Shown here piece by piece: positions 42,790-62,493 of a stretch of DNA of 64,000 nt. Within the stretch, counting starts at the first letter, position 1, and each line of letters starts with the position of its first letter. The stretch is taken from assembly GCA_009914755.4 (NCBI GenBank), contig CP086569.2:21536001-21600000 (forward strand), in the 5' to 3' direction. The translations under genes and the position numbers were made by a program. This DNA is from the human T2T-CHM13v2.0 reference genome, Homo sapiens. The notes beneath the pieces are model-generated. The model had not been told where the DNA came from. It made no database searches and was given only the letters and a program-made list of their open reading frames with translations.

Positions 42790-45620
42790 TTATTCAAAAA
42801 GATAATAACAGAGAATATCTTAAACCTAGAGGAATATATCAATATCCACATACAAGAAAGTAATAGGATATTAAACTGATTTAACCCAAAGAAGACACCT
42901 TAAGGCATATAATAATCAAACTCCCAAAGGTCAAAGATAAAGGAAGAGTTTTAAAAGTAGCAAGAGAAATGACACACAAAAAAACATGCAATGGAGCCCT
43001 AATAGTTTCAGCAGTGGACTTTTCAGAGAAAACCTTGTGGGCTGAAATTCTTAAAATGCTGACACAAACAAAACAAACAAATAAAAAATACCTTTCATCG
43101 TAGACTGGTATATTCAATGAAAATATCCTTCAAACATGAAGGAGCAATAAAGACTGTCAGAGATGAAAGCTGAGGAATTTCATGAACATCATACCCGTCT
43201 TACAGAAAAAAAACATGTTTAAAAGGAGTACTTCAATCAGAAAGCAAATGACATTTATGAGCAATAAGAAATCATCTGACAGTACAGAACCCACTGGTAT
43301 AGTAAGCATAGAGAAAAACTACAAAATATTATAATATGGTAACTGTGTTGTGTGAATTACTCTTAATTAGAAAGAGTAAACAATGAACCAATCAAAAATA
43401 ATAACTGCAACAACTTTTCAAGACATAGTCCCTAATACAAAAATAAACAAGAAAAAGTTAAAAGTGAGGTGACAAAGTTAAGGTATAGAGCTTTTATTAT
43501 TTTTCTTTTGGCTTGTTTGTTTATGCAGAGAGGGTTAAATTGCTATCAGCTTAAGATGTTTGGTTATAAGATAGCATTTGAAAGCCTTATGGTAATCTCA
43601 AACCAAAAAACATACAATGGATGTGGATTAAAAAAAGAAATAAACCAAAAACTAAATCATATCACCAGAGAAAATCACCTTCACTGAAAGCAAGACAGGA
43701 AGGAAACAAATAAGGAAAGAAGACCATAAAGCAACCACAACACAAATAAGAAAATGGAAAATGGCAAGAGTAAGCACTTAGCCATCAATAATAAAATGGA
43801 CTGTAAATGAACTAAACTCTACAATCAAAAGACATACAGTGGCTGCATAAATAAAACAATAAGATCTAATGACCTGTTGCTTAAGAAACACAATTTACAT
43901 ACAAAAACACACATAGACTGAAAATGAGGGACGGAAATAGTTATTTCATGCAAGTGGAATCCCCCCACCACCAAAAAAAGAAAAAAGATCAGGAGTCATT
44001 ATATCAGACAAAATAGATATCAAGACTAAAACTGTAATAGGAGACAAAGAGGTTCACTATATAATAATAAAGAAGTAAATTTAACATGAGGATATAACAT
44101 TTTTAAATATGTATGTACTCAACCCTGGAGCACCTGACATATAAAGCAAAGATTATTATAGCTAGAAAAAGATAACCCCAATACAATAATAGCTGGAGAC
44201 TTCAACACCTCACTTTCAACATTGGACAGGATTTCCAGACAGAAAATCCATAAAAAACTTTGGACTTAATCTGCACTAGAGACCAAATTGACCTAACAGG
44301 TATTTACAGAACCTTTCATCCAATATTCTGTAACATGGATGACCATTTCATCCAATACATTTTTTTCTTAGCACATGGATTATTTTTCAAAGATAGATCA
44401 CATGTTATTTTACAAAACAAGTCTTGAAACTTTCCAAAAATTGTAATAATATTAAGCATCTTTTCTGACCACAATGGAATATTACTAGAAATAAATAACA
44501 GAAGCAGTTTTGGAAACTATACAAATACATTGAAATTGAATAATATACTACTGAATGACCAGTAGGTCAAGAAAAGGATTAAGAAGAAAATTTAAAAATT
44601 TCTTGAAACCAATGATAAAGGAAGTATGGCATACCAAAACCTATGAAATGCAGTGAAAGCAGTACTAAGAGTTCTACCATACTAAGTATATGGCTATAAT
44701 AAGTGGCTACATGAAAAAAGAAGAAAAACTTCAAATAACAACCTACCAATTCCTCCTGAAGAACTAGAAAAGCAAAATCAAAGTGAACCCAAAACTAGCA
44801 CAAGAAATTATAAAGATTAGAGCATAAATGAAATTGAAATAAAAAATACAAAGAACAATGAAGCAAAAAGATGTTTTTTTTAAAAAAAATACAAAATTGA
44901 GAATCCCTTAGCCAGACTAAGAAAAAAAGAGTGAAGATCCAAATAACTCAGAGTTGAAAAAGGAGACATTGAAATTGATTCTGCAGAATCTCAAAGTATC
45001 ATTACTGGCTACCATGAGCAACTCTATTCCAAAAAGTGGAAAATCTAAAAGAAATAGAAAAATTTCTAGATACATAAAACCTATCATGAAGAATGAATCA
45101 TGAAGAAATCCAAAACATAAACAAACCAACAACAAATAGTGACATCAAAGCTGTAATAAAAATCCTCCCAGGGAAGAAAAGCCGAGGACCTGATGGCATC
45201 ATTGCTGAATTTTATCAAACATTTACGGAAGAACTAATACTTATTCTACTCTATTCTGAAAAACAGAGAGGGAGAGAATACTTCCAAACCAATTCTATGA
45301 AATCATTACTACTCTGATACCAAACCCAGACAAAGACAAATTAAAAAAAGAAAACTACAGACGAATATGTCAGATAAGCATTGATGAAAAAGTCCTCAAT
45401 AAAATACTATTATAGCAAACTGAATTCAGTGATACATTTAAAAGATTATTTGTTGTGACCAATTGGGAATTATGTCTGGAATTCCAAGATGGGTAAGAAT
45501 GCACAAACCAATCAATGCAATATATCATAGTCACAGAATAAAAGACAAAGATAATATGATCATTTAATTCATGCTAAGGAAGCACTTAATGAAATTTAGC
45601 ATCTCTTCCTGATAAAAATC

Positions 45621-45653
<33 letters not shown>

Positions 45654-46834
45654 AGGGAATAGAAGAAATAGACCTCAACATAACAAAAGCCACATATGAC
45701 AGACCCATGGCTAATATCACACTGAGTGAGGTAAAGCTGATCTTTCTCAAAGATTTGGAAAACAACAAGTATGTCTAAAGTCACCATTGTTATTTAACAC
45801 AGTAAGAGAGGTTCTAACTAGAGCATTCAGGCAAGAGAAAGATAGAGAGGGCATCCAAATTGGAAAGAAAGGTGTCAAATTATCATTGTTTGCAGATGAT
45901 ATTATCTTGTATTTGGAAAAACCTAAAGATTTCACCAAAAAAAAAACTATGAGCACAGATAAGCAAATTCAGTGAAGTTGTTAGATACAAAATCAATATA
46001 CAAAAATCATTAGCATTTGTTTATGCCAACTGTGAACAATCTGAAAAGGAAATGAAGACTGTAATTTCATTTATAATAGCAATAAATAAATACCTAGGAA
46101 TTAACTAAAGTGAAAGATTTCTGTAATGAAAACAATTAATCACTGATGAAAGAAATTGAAGATGACATACAAAAAAAAAATAGAAAGATATTCCTTGTTA
46201 TTGGTTTGGAAGAATCAATATTGTTGCAATGTCCACATTACCCAAAACAATCTGTAGATTCCATGCAAGCCCTATCAAAGTACCAAGAAAATTCTTTATA
46301 GAAATAGATAAAGTGATTCTAAAATTTATATGGAAACACAAAAAACCCAGAATAGCCAAACCTTTCCTAAGCCAAACTGAGAAATTACATTAACTGACTT
46401 TAAATTATACTGCAGAGATATGGTAACCAAAACAAAATGGTACTGTCATAAAAAACAGACACATAGACCAATAAAACAGAATAGAGAACACAGAAACAAA
46501 TCCATACACCTATATTGAAGTGATTTTTTGATAAAGATGCCAAGCATATATACTGGGGAAACGATAGTTTCTAATAAATTGTTCCAGGAAAGCTAGATAT
46601 CCATATTCAGAAAAATGAAAATAGATCCCTAACTCTTGCCATATGCCAAAATCAAATGAAAATAGATTAAATAATCAAGTCTAAGACCTCAGACTATGAA
46701 AATACTGGAAGAAAGCATAGAAGAAACTCTCTAGGACATTGATTGGGGCAAAAACTTATGAAGTCATACTCCACAAGCAGTGGCAACCAAAACAAAAATG
46801 GTCAAAGGGAATCACACCAAGTTAAAAAGCTTCT

Positions 46835-46950
46835 TAATGGGTGCAGCACAACAACATGACACATATATATATATGCACCCAACCGGCACGTTGTGCACAT
46901 GTACCCTAGAACTTAAAGTATAATAATAATAAAAACAACCTTCTGTACAA
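46835..46950 (+). mobile_element. Very short L1PA 3'-end fragment (~115 bp) nested in the older L1 ORF2.
   Basis: aatgggtgcagcacaacaacatgacacatatatatatatgcacccaaccggcacgttgtgcacatgtaccctagaacttaaagtataataataataaaaa is the L1 3' terminus (…MGAAHQHGTCIHM…). The flanking old-L1 reading frame (…KLKSF|…|CTAKET…) is interrupted exactly here. Confidence 0.6.
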
Positions 46951-48085
46951 CAAAAGACACTCTTAAAGTGAAGAGACAACCTAAAGAATATAGAAAATAC
47001 CTGCAAACTACATATCTGACAAGGGATTAATAACTAGAACATATAAGAAACCCAAACAATTCTATAGGAAAAAATCAAATAATCTAATTTTTAAATGGGC
47101 AAAATATTGGAATTGCTGTTTCTCAAAAGAAGACATGCAAATGCCAAACCTGCCTATAAAAAGGTGCCAAACATCATTAATCATCAGATAAATGCAAATC
47201 AAAACTAGAATGAGATACCATCTTACTCCAGTAAAAATGGTTTATATCCAAAACAAGGGCAATAACAAATCATGGCAAAGATGTGGAGCAAAGGAAAACC
47301 TCATAAACTATTGATGTAAATGTAAATTACTACAACCACTAGGGAGAACAGTTTGGAGAGTTCTCAAAAAACTTAAAATAGAGCTACCATATGATTCAGC
47401 AATCCCACTGCTGGGCATATATACCCCCTTAAAAGAAAACAAGTACATCAAAGATAACCTGCACTCTCATGATTTTTGCAGCACTATCCACAATAGCTGA
47501 AATTTGGAAGCAATTTGTGTCCAACAACAGAAGAATGGATTTTAAAAATGTAGTACATACACCCAACATAGTACTATTCAGCCATAAAAAAGAATGAGAT
47601 CTAGTCATTTGTAACAACATAGATTGTACTGATTGTAATTATGTTAAGTGAAATAAGTCAGGCACAGAGAGATGAAAATCACATCTTCTCACTTATATGT
47701 AGGATTTAAATGTCAAAGCAATTAAACTCATGGGAATAGAAGGTACAAGGCTGGTTACCAGAGACTAGAAAAGGTAGAGAGAATTAGTGGAAAGATGAGT
47801 TTGGTTAATGGGTACAAAAAAATAGAATAAATAATACCTAGTATTTGCTAATACAACAGGGTGAATACAGTCAATAATAATTTAACTGTAAATTTTAAAA
47901 TAACTAAAATAATATAATTAGATTGTAATACAAAGTTTAAATGTTTGAGGGCATAGATATTTCATTATTCCATTCTGATAATGTGATTATTTCATATTAC
48001 ATGTTTGTAATGAAGCATATATCCCATAAATATATACATCTATCATTTACTCACAAAAATTAAAAATATAAAATATTTAAAAAAA

Positions 48086-48540
48086 CACAATGGAATATTT
48101 TGCATAATAAAAAACATTGCCCTAAAATTTATATAGTCTCAAGGAACTGTTAATAGCCAAAACACTCTTAAGAAAACAAAATTGGAGGTCTCACATTTCC
48201 TTATTTAAAAACCTATCACAAAACAACAGTAATAAAAGGTATTACTTGTGTAAATGTAGTATAAAATAAGTAAAATATATAAAGAACTCACAAATAAGCC
48301 TTCTAGTGAGTTGGTTTTTGACAAGAGAGATAAGACAATTTAATGGGGAGAAATAGTTTTTTTTTAACAAATGGTGTTGAGGAAAGTAAGTATTGACAGG
48401 GAAAAACAACAAAAATTAAATTCTTACTTTATACCATATATAAAAATTAACTCAAAATCGGTCAAAAACCTAAAGTTAAGGCCTAAATGTGTAGAGTTCT
48501 TAGACAAAAATAAGAAAAAATCTTCATGATGCTGAGTACA
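48086..48540 (+). mobile_element. Additional L1 ORF2 fragment (region around aa 720-850), + strand, not co-linear with its neighbours.
   Basis: Translation gives …KTKLEVSHFLI*KPITKQQ…WGEIVFFLTNGVEESKY…KINSKSVKNLKLRPKCVEFLDKNK (compare L1 ORF2 …[20 protein letters not shown]…[15 protein letters not shown]…[24 protein letters not shown]). Confidence 0.4.
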
Positions 48541-51958
<3,418 letters not shown>

Positions 51959-54190
51959 ATTATATCTATTTTTTTAAAGGCTTTCCTGAGCACGCAACAC
52001 ACAGTGAGGCTGTGCTCTCCAGGAATGCACAGCAGATGACCCAGTGAGTTCCCAGTTGGTGCAGGTCTTGGTTAGAGTGAGGTGGGGTGAAAGGGAAGCA
52101 CTTTCCTGATGTTTCCCTGTGTTCCAATGTACTTCACATTCTAGGCCTCTGAACAGGGGCTCTCAGTTGAGTGAGTGGTTCTCATCTCCTGCTGGCCTGG
52201 CATTTCATTGTTCTGGAATTTCTGCCCAAGTGGAGACTGAGCTGTGTGCTGTGCCAGCTTCCTTCTGATGCATCTGTGAGCTGCTGTTGTGAGGTTGGTG
52301 GCACGAGGGAGAGCTGAACCGAAAGACATAACCCCTCCTACCGAGGCTGACCTCACACTCTAGGGGAGTAGCACAGTGTCCTTTAAAAGACCTTAGTGGA
52401 AACTTTCTTTACCTGGTGAAAATACGTGGTAGTAAAATAATTTACTGTTTTAACATGAGCCCTCCTGCTTGGAAAAGCTTTTATACAATCAGAAATTACA
52501 CACTGAAAATAATAGTCGAATGAAATCCCTTTATAAAATGTTTAAATGGCTCATCAGGTGACCAAATGTACCTGAAGAATTTGTAAGTTGTCACACCAAT
52601 GTATTCAATTTGAATGTTTTTTATCTTTTCCATGCTGAGCCACAGAATGCAGAACTTCTAATAATAAAAGATTTAAGGACTCAGGGGGGACAAGGTGGCC
52701 ATCCTGGTTCTCCATGAGTCAATGCTTAATAAACATTAGACTAATATCTTCTTGAATGCCAGTTGTTTTTCCAAATTAGGTGCATAGCACTGATAATTGA
52801 TGGTTTATCATGGGTAATGTGACTGAGACCATGAGGTTTACTTACATTGTATATTTAAAGAATTTCAATATCAGCTGGTTTCACATGAAAATCTGACAAA
52901 GTATTTTCTTGATATTTAATAATTTTTTGTTCTACTTAGATTAGTAGCTTTATAGAGGGAAATTTGGTTATTTACGTGGTTTACAATATCTTAACATAAT
53001 AACTCTACTTAGAAATTAGAATTCTAGAGTATCAAGGATCACGCTCCTCATGGCAGATGAGAGGCAGGAGTAGATTGCAGCTCTGGAGAGAGCATCTAAA
53101 ACATGAATTTTAGCTCCAGATTGACCGCAAGAAAAAAACGGCAATCTTGAGAGGACCACAGATTCTCTGAAGGAAGTGGACTGTTCCTGCATGACCTAGG
53201 AGACACACCAAATATTGTAAGTGCCCAACTGTGAAAGCGGAAAAGGGAGACCCTCCTCTCCCAAACACACACCACCACTAGAGAAACTGATGATGTGTTT
53301 GCAAGAGAATTTTCTGACTTTACCTGGAGCTGAGTCAGTTTAGAGAGCCAAGTCAAATGCAGGGGTCAAGGAAGCAGCAGAAAGGCCCTAGGAACTAGCT
53401 GGATTCCCTAGCAGGCAATTCCTGCCTGGCACCACAGGGATCCATCCAGAGGGTGGCCAAAGGAGCAGGAGGTAAAACTTAACAGGGAGAAAAAAATCTC
53501 TAGCTGACCTTTGTAAGTAATAATTTGAAAGGGGCAAGAAGCCTCCTGGCCAGAACTCACAGAAGGGGCAAATCTGGTGTGGAAATTCCACAGGTGGAGA
53601 AAGAACCAAGCCCCCTTTTTTCGCACCTGGGAGATGGGTATCCTCGGGCAAGTTTTCAAGCCTGTCTCACCCTCTACCTGGAAACAAACTCAGGGATGTT
53701 GGAGTGGCATAGTGAAAGTGAGATTGGCCCTTCAGTTTGCATGGGAGGTGGGTGAGGCCTGTGACTGCTAGATTTCCCCTACTCCCCTGGAAACCTGCAT
53801 GACTCAACACAGGCACTGAGTCATGCAGGCACTGGTATCCACAGCTGACAGACACATAGTTCATACCACAGAACTCTGGGTAGACTCTGTGTAGACAACC
53901 CCCAGTACTGACCTGGAAATGGGTAGACTTATTGGGTGGCTAGACCCAGAAATGAGGCAACAATCGCTGCAGTTTGGCTCACAAGAAGCCGCATCCATAG
54001 GAAAAGTGGGAGAGTGTTACATCGAGGGAACACTCTGTGGGAAAAAATAATCTGAACAACAGTCTTAAGCCCTAGATCTTCTCTCTGACAGACCCTACCC
54101 AAATAAGAAGGAACATAAAAACCAACCCTGGTAATATGACAAAACAAGGCTCTTCAACACTCCCAGAAAAATCACACTAATTCACCAGCA

Positions 54191-55190
54191 ATGGAACCAA
54201 ACAAAGAAGAAATCCTTGATTTACCTGAAAAATAATTTAGGAGGTTAGTTACTAAGCTAGTCAGAGAGACAAAAGAGAAACGCAAAGCTGAATGCAAGAA
54301 AATTAAAAAAAAAAAAAAAAAAACCCGATACAAGAAGTGAAGGAAGAAACAGTTGAGGACATAGATAGCTTAAAGAAAAGAAAAACAATCAAAAATTCAG
54401 GGAACTTTAGGCACAATTCTAGAAATGCAAAATACTCTGGAAAATCTCAGCAACAGAATTGAACAAGCAGAAGGAAGAAATTCAAAGCTTAAAGAAAAAT
54501 TAAAAATTAAAGAAAAAGGTCTTTGAATTCACCCAATGTAACAAAGATAAAGAAAAAAGAATAAGAAAATATGAACAAAGCCTCCAAGTAATCTAAGATC
54601 ATGTTAAATGATCAAACCTAAGAATAATCAGCGTTCCTAAGAAGAGAATTCTAAAAGCTTAGAAAATATATTTGGGGGAATAATCAAGGAAAACTTTTCT
54701 CATCTGGCTGGAGACCTAGACATCCAAATACGAGAAGCAAAAAGAACACATGGGAAATTCGTTGCAAAAAGATAATTGCCTAGGCACATTGTCATCAGGT
54801 TATCCAAAGTTAAGATGAGGGAAAGAATCTTAAGAGATTTGAGACAGAAGCTCCAGGTAAACTGTAAAGGAAACCCTATAAGATTAACAGCAGATTTCTC
54901 AGAAGAAACCCTACAAGCTAGATGGGATTGGGGCCCTATCTTCAGCCTCCTCAAACAAAGCAATTATCAGCCAATAATTTTGTATCCACTGAAACTAAGC
55001 ATTATGTATGAAGAAAAGATACAGTCTTTCAGACAAACAAATGCTGAGATAATTCACCATTACCAAGCCACCACTACAAGAACTGCCGTAAGGATCTCTA
55101 AAACTTGAAACAAATCCTGGTAACACATCAAAACAAAACCACTTCAGAGCATAAATCAAACAGAACCTATAAAATAAAAGTACAACTTAG

Positions 55191-55221
<31 letters not shown>

Positions 55222-58155
55222 CAGAAAAAAACCCTGAAAAACAAACACACACACACAAAAAAACAAAGTACACAGGTAACAAATAGCACAATGAATGCAA
55301 TGATACCTCACATCTTAATACTAATGTTGAATGTAAATTGCCTAAATGCTACACTTTAAAAAGATACAGAACCACAGAATTGATAAGAATTCATCCAACC
55401 ATCTTCTGCCTTCATGAGACTCACCTAACACATAAAGACTCACAAAAACTTAAATAAAGAAGTGGAAAAAAGCGTTTCATGAAAATGGGTACCAAAATTG
55501 AGCAGAGGTAGCTATTCTTAGACAAAACAAACTTTAAAGCAGAGCCATTAAAAGAGACAAAGAGGGACATTATATAATGATAAATGGGCTCGTCCAACAA
55601 GAAAATATCACAATCCTAAACATACATGTACCTAACACAGGAGCTCTCAAATTTATAAAAACAATTACTAATAGACCAAAGAAATAAGATAGACAGTAAC
55701 ACAATAACAGTGGGGGCATTTCAATACTCCATTGACAGCACTAGACAGGTCATCAAGACAGAAAGTCAACAAAGAAACAATGGATTTAAAGTATACTTTG
55801 GAAAAAATGAACTTAACAGATATGTACAGAACATTTCATCCAACAGCTGCAGAATACACATTCTATTCAACACAGCATGAAACTTTCTCCAAGATAGACC
55901 ATAGAATAGGCCATAAAATGAGCTTCAATAAATTTTAGAATATTAAAATAATATCAAGCACTCTCTTAGACCACACTGGAATAAAACTGGAAATCAAACC
56001 CAAAAGGAAACTTCAAAACCATGCAAATATATGAAAATTAGATAACCTGCTCCTGAATGATCACTGGGTCAAAAATAAAATCAAGATAGAAATTTTAAAA
56101 TTCTTTGAATTGAATGACAATAATTACACAACATATCAAAACTCTGGCATGCAGCAAAGGCAGTTTTAAGAGGAAAGTTCATAGCTCTAAACCCCTACAT
56201 CAAAAAGACTGAAAGAGCACAAACTGACATTTTACAGTCACACCTCAAGTAACTAGAAAAACAAGAATAAACAAAACCCTAATCCAGCAGAAGAAAGGAA
56301 ATGACCAAAATCAGAGCAGAGCTAAATATAATTGACAGAAGCAAAACAATACAAAAGATAAAACAAAAAGCTGGTTCTCTGAAAAGACAAATACAATTGA
56401 TAGGCTATTAGCAAGATTAACCAAGAAAAGAAGAGAGAAATCCAAATAACCTCATTAAGAAACAAAACAGGAGATATTACAACTAACACCACTGAAATAC
56501 AAAAGATCATTCAAGGCTTTTATGAACACTTTATGTACATAATCAAGAAAACCTAGAAGAGAAAAATAAATTCCTGGAAAGATACAACCTTCCTAGTTTA
56601 AAGCAGGAAAAATTAGATACCCTGAACCGACAAATAAAAAGCAGCAAGATTGAAATGGCAATAAAAAGTTACCAACAACAAACAAGTACAGGACAAGACA
56701 GATTCACAGCAGAATTCTACCATACATTCAAAGAAGAATTAGTACCAATCGTTTTGATGGGTAGAGAAAGAAGGAACATTCCCTAATTCATTCTATGAAG
56801 CCACCATCCCTCTAGTACCAAAACCAGGAAAGCATGTAACCAAACAAGAAAACTACAGACCAATATCCTTGATGAACATAGATGCTAAAATCCTTAACAC
56901 AATACTAGTTAACCAAAACCAACAATATATCAAAATGATAATCCACCATGATCAAGTGGGTTTTATGCCAGTGATGCAGGGATGGTATAACATACACAAA
57001 TTAATAGATGTGACACACCACATAAACACAGTTAAAAACAAAAACAAAAGATTATCTCAATAGGCACAGAAAAAGCATTCAACAAAATTCAGCATCCCTT
57101 TATCATTAAAACTCTCAGTAAAATTGGCATACGAGGGACATATATTAATGTAATAAAAGCCATCTATGACAAACCCACAGCCAACATAATACTGAATGGG
57201 AAAAAGTTGAAAGCAATCCCTCTTAGAACTGGAACAAGACAAGGATGCCCACTCTCACCATCCTCTTCAACATAGTACTGAAAGTCCTAGCCAGAGCAAT
57301 CAGACAAGAGAAAGAAATAAAAAGCATCCAAATCAGTAAACAGAAAGTCAAATTGTCACTGTTTGCTGACGATATAATTGGGTACCTTGAAAACCATAAA
57401 GATTCTTCCAGAAAGCTCCTAGAACTGATAAAAGAATTCAGATGAGTTTCTGGATACAAGATTAATGCAACAAATTAGTAGCTGATCTAAACACCAACAG
57501 TGACCAAGCAGATAATCAAATCAATAAGTCAACCCCTTTTACAATAGCTGTAAAAGATATACAAAATACTAAGGAATATACCTAACCAAGGACGTGAAAG
57601 TCCTCTACAAAGAAAATTAGAAAACACTCCAGAAAGAAATCATAGATTACACAAACATTTGGAAACACATCCCTTGCTCAGAGATCGGTAGAATCATTAT
57701 TGTGAAAATGACCATACTCCCAAAAGCAATCTATAAATTTAATGCAATCCTCCTCAAAAGCCACCATCATTCTTCACAGAATTAGAAAAACAATTCTAAA
57801 ATTCATATGGAACCAAAAAAGAGCCCACATAGCCAAAGCAAGAGTAAGCAAAAAGAACAAATCTGGAGGCATCACACTACCTGATTTCAAACTACGTTAT
57901 AAGGCCATAGTAACCAAAATATCTTGGTACTGTTATAAAAATAGGCACCTAGACCAATGGAACAAAATAGAGAACCCAGAAATAAACCCAAATACTTAGA
58001 GCCAACTGATCTTCGACAAAGCAAACAAAAACAAAAAGTGAGGAAAGGACAACCTTTTCGACAAATATTGCTGAGATAATTGGCTAGCCACATGTGGGAG
58101 AAAAAAATTGGATCCTCATCTCTCACCTTACACAAAAATCAACTCAAGATAGAAG
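54191..58155 (+). mobile_element. Older L1 (L1PB/L1MA-like), + strand: ORF1 (~54191-55100) and ORF2 (~55290-58155, 3'-truncated near aa ~800), both with multiple stops. Sequence 52000-54190 upstream may be its long 5' UTR.
   Basis: ORF1 C-terminus is ORF 54776-55108 …RHIVIRLSKVKMRERILRDLRQKLQVNCKGNPIRLTADFSEETLQARWDWGPIFSLLKQSNYQPIILYPLKLSIMYEEKIQSF. ORF2 N-terminus is ORF 55105-55359 …MNAMIPHILILMLNVNCLNATL, followed by …IHPTIFCLHETHLT. The EN domain appears in ORF 55732-55938 TALDRSSRQKVNKETMDLKYTLEKMNLTDMYRTFHPTAAEYTFYSTQHETFSKIDHRIGHKMSFNKF. The RT domain appears at 56869-57445 …[23 protein letters not shown]…[48 protein letters not shown]. Confidence 0.75.
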
Positions 58156-58396
58156 GACTTAAATTATGGTAATTATGTGCTAGGTGCTGAAAAGGGCTAA
58201 TTATTTCCAGCACAGCTAGGGGTGTGGCCAGCTCCACATGTCCCCAGACCTTACATAGCTGGAAAGCAGGTAAGTTAAACAATTCTCAAGAGCCAAATAA
58301 GCAGTTTATGATCTTAAAGCATTCAGCCAACCTAATATTGAATATAATTTAGACCACATACTTACATTTTGAACAGAATTGTATCTTACCAATAAT

Positions 58397-58713
58397 CTCT
58401 TTCTTTCTTTCTTTCTTTTTTTTTTTTTTGAGATGGAGTCTCACTCTGTCACTCAGGCTGGAGTGCAGTGGTGCAATCTTGGCTCACTGCATGCTCCGCC
58501 TTCCAGGTTCACACCATTCTCCTGCCTCAGCCTCCTGAGTAGCTGGGACTACAGGTGCCCACCACCACGCCTGGCTAATTTTTTTTTGTATTTTTAGTAG
58601 ACACAGGGTTTCACTGTGTTAGCCAGGATAGTCTTGATCTCCTGACCTCATGTTCCGCCCACCTCAGCCTCCCAAAGTGCTGGGATTACAGGCATGAGAC
58701 ACTGCACCCGGCC
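58397..58713 (-). mobile_element. Full-length Alu, minus strand, with a (TTTC)n/poly-T tail at the left and the target site duplication ttaccaataat (58386-58396 and 58718-58729).
   Basis: ctttctttctttctttc(t)15gagatggagtctcactctgtcactcaggctggagtgcagtggtgcaatcttggctcactgcatgctccgccttccaggttcacacc…gctgggattacaggcatgagacactgcacccggcc. Confidence 0.85.
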
Positions 58714-59223
58714 ATATTTTACCAATAATTGTTAGAATCATCTTTATTTTCCAAAGATTGCTGTAGTAACATGAACTAAATAAAAGGCATCACACTTTTT
58801 ACTTTTCTGACAAAATATTTGATTTAAGCTTATATTATTATTAAACCAATTAATTAAAGCTCTTTTGAATTAACTAAAGTTTTCAGAGGACATAAACAGT
58901 GACTTTTACCTTTCATTTAACCAGTTTGCACATACAAAGAGACCAGAGACTGACTGGAAAGAAACACTCACACTTTTGCTGGCATTCCAGGTTTCTGGGT
59001 TCTCTCTCCCCGAGCTGCCCTGGCAACTCTGCTTGACTGTATGCAAACAAGCATATTTCCATAAATTATGAATATTCACCAATAGTTTACAAATTTTGGA
59101 GAAATTAGGCAGAGACAGAGAAATATTACTCATATTTTATTTATGAGCTTATACTCAAAACTTAAAGTATCTGCAAGCCTCAAATCAAGAAATTTCATTT
59201 AAAGATACAAAGATGGTGTGCTC

Positions 59224-62300
<3,077 letters not shown>

Positions 62301-62473
62301 GAAAGGTGTTGTGCTCCATTAATTCCTGTGGGCTTGACAAAGGTAGCTTAGGAATTCAAGATAAATGGAATGAATGCATAGTAATTCCTTGCTAGAAATG
62401 CATAGGAAACAAAGTAACTATTCACAGAACCAAATAAAAGCCTTCCACTAAGAACTAAAAATGTCATGGTTTT

Positions 62474-62493
62474 ATATATATATATATATATAT
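62474..62493. repeat. (TA)10 microsatellite.
   Basis: tttatatatatatatatatatatatgcac. Confidence 0.9.
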
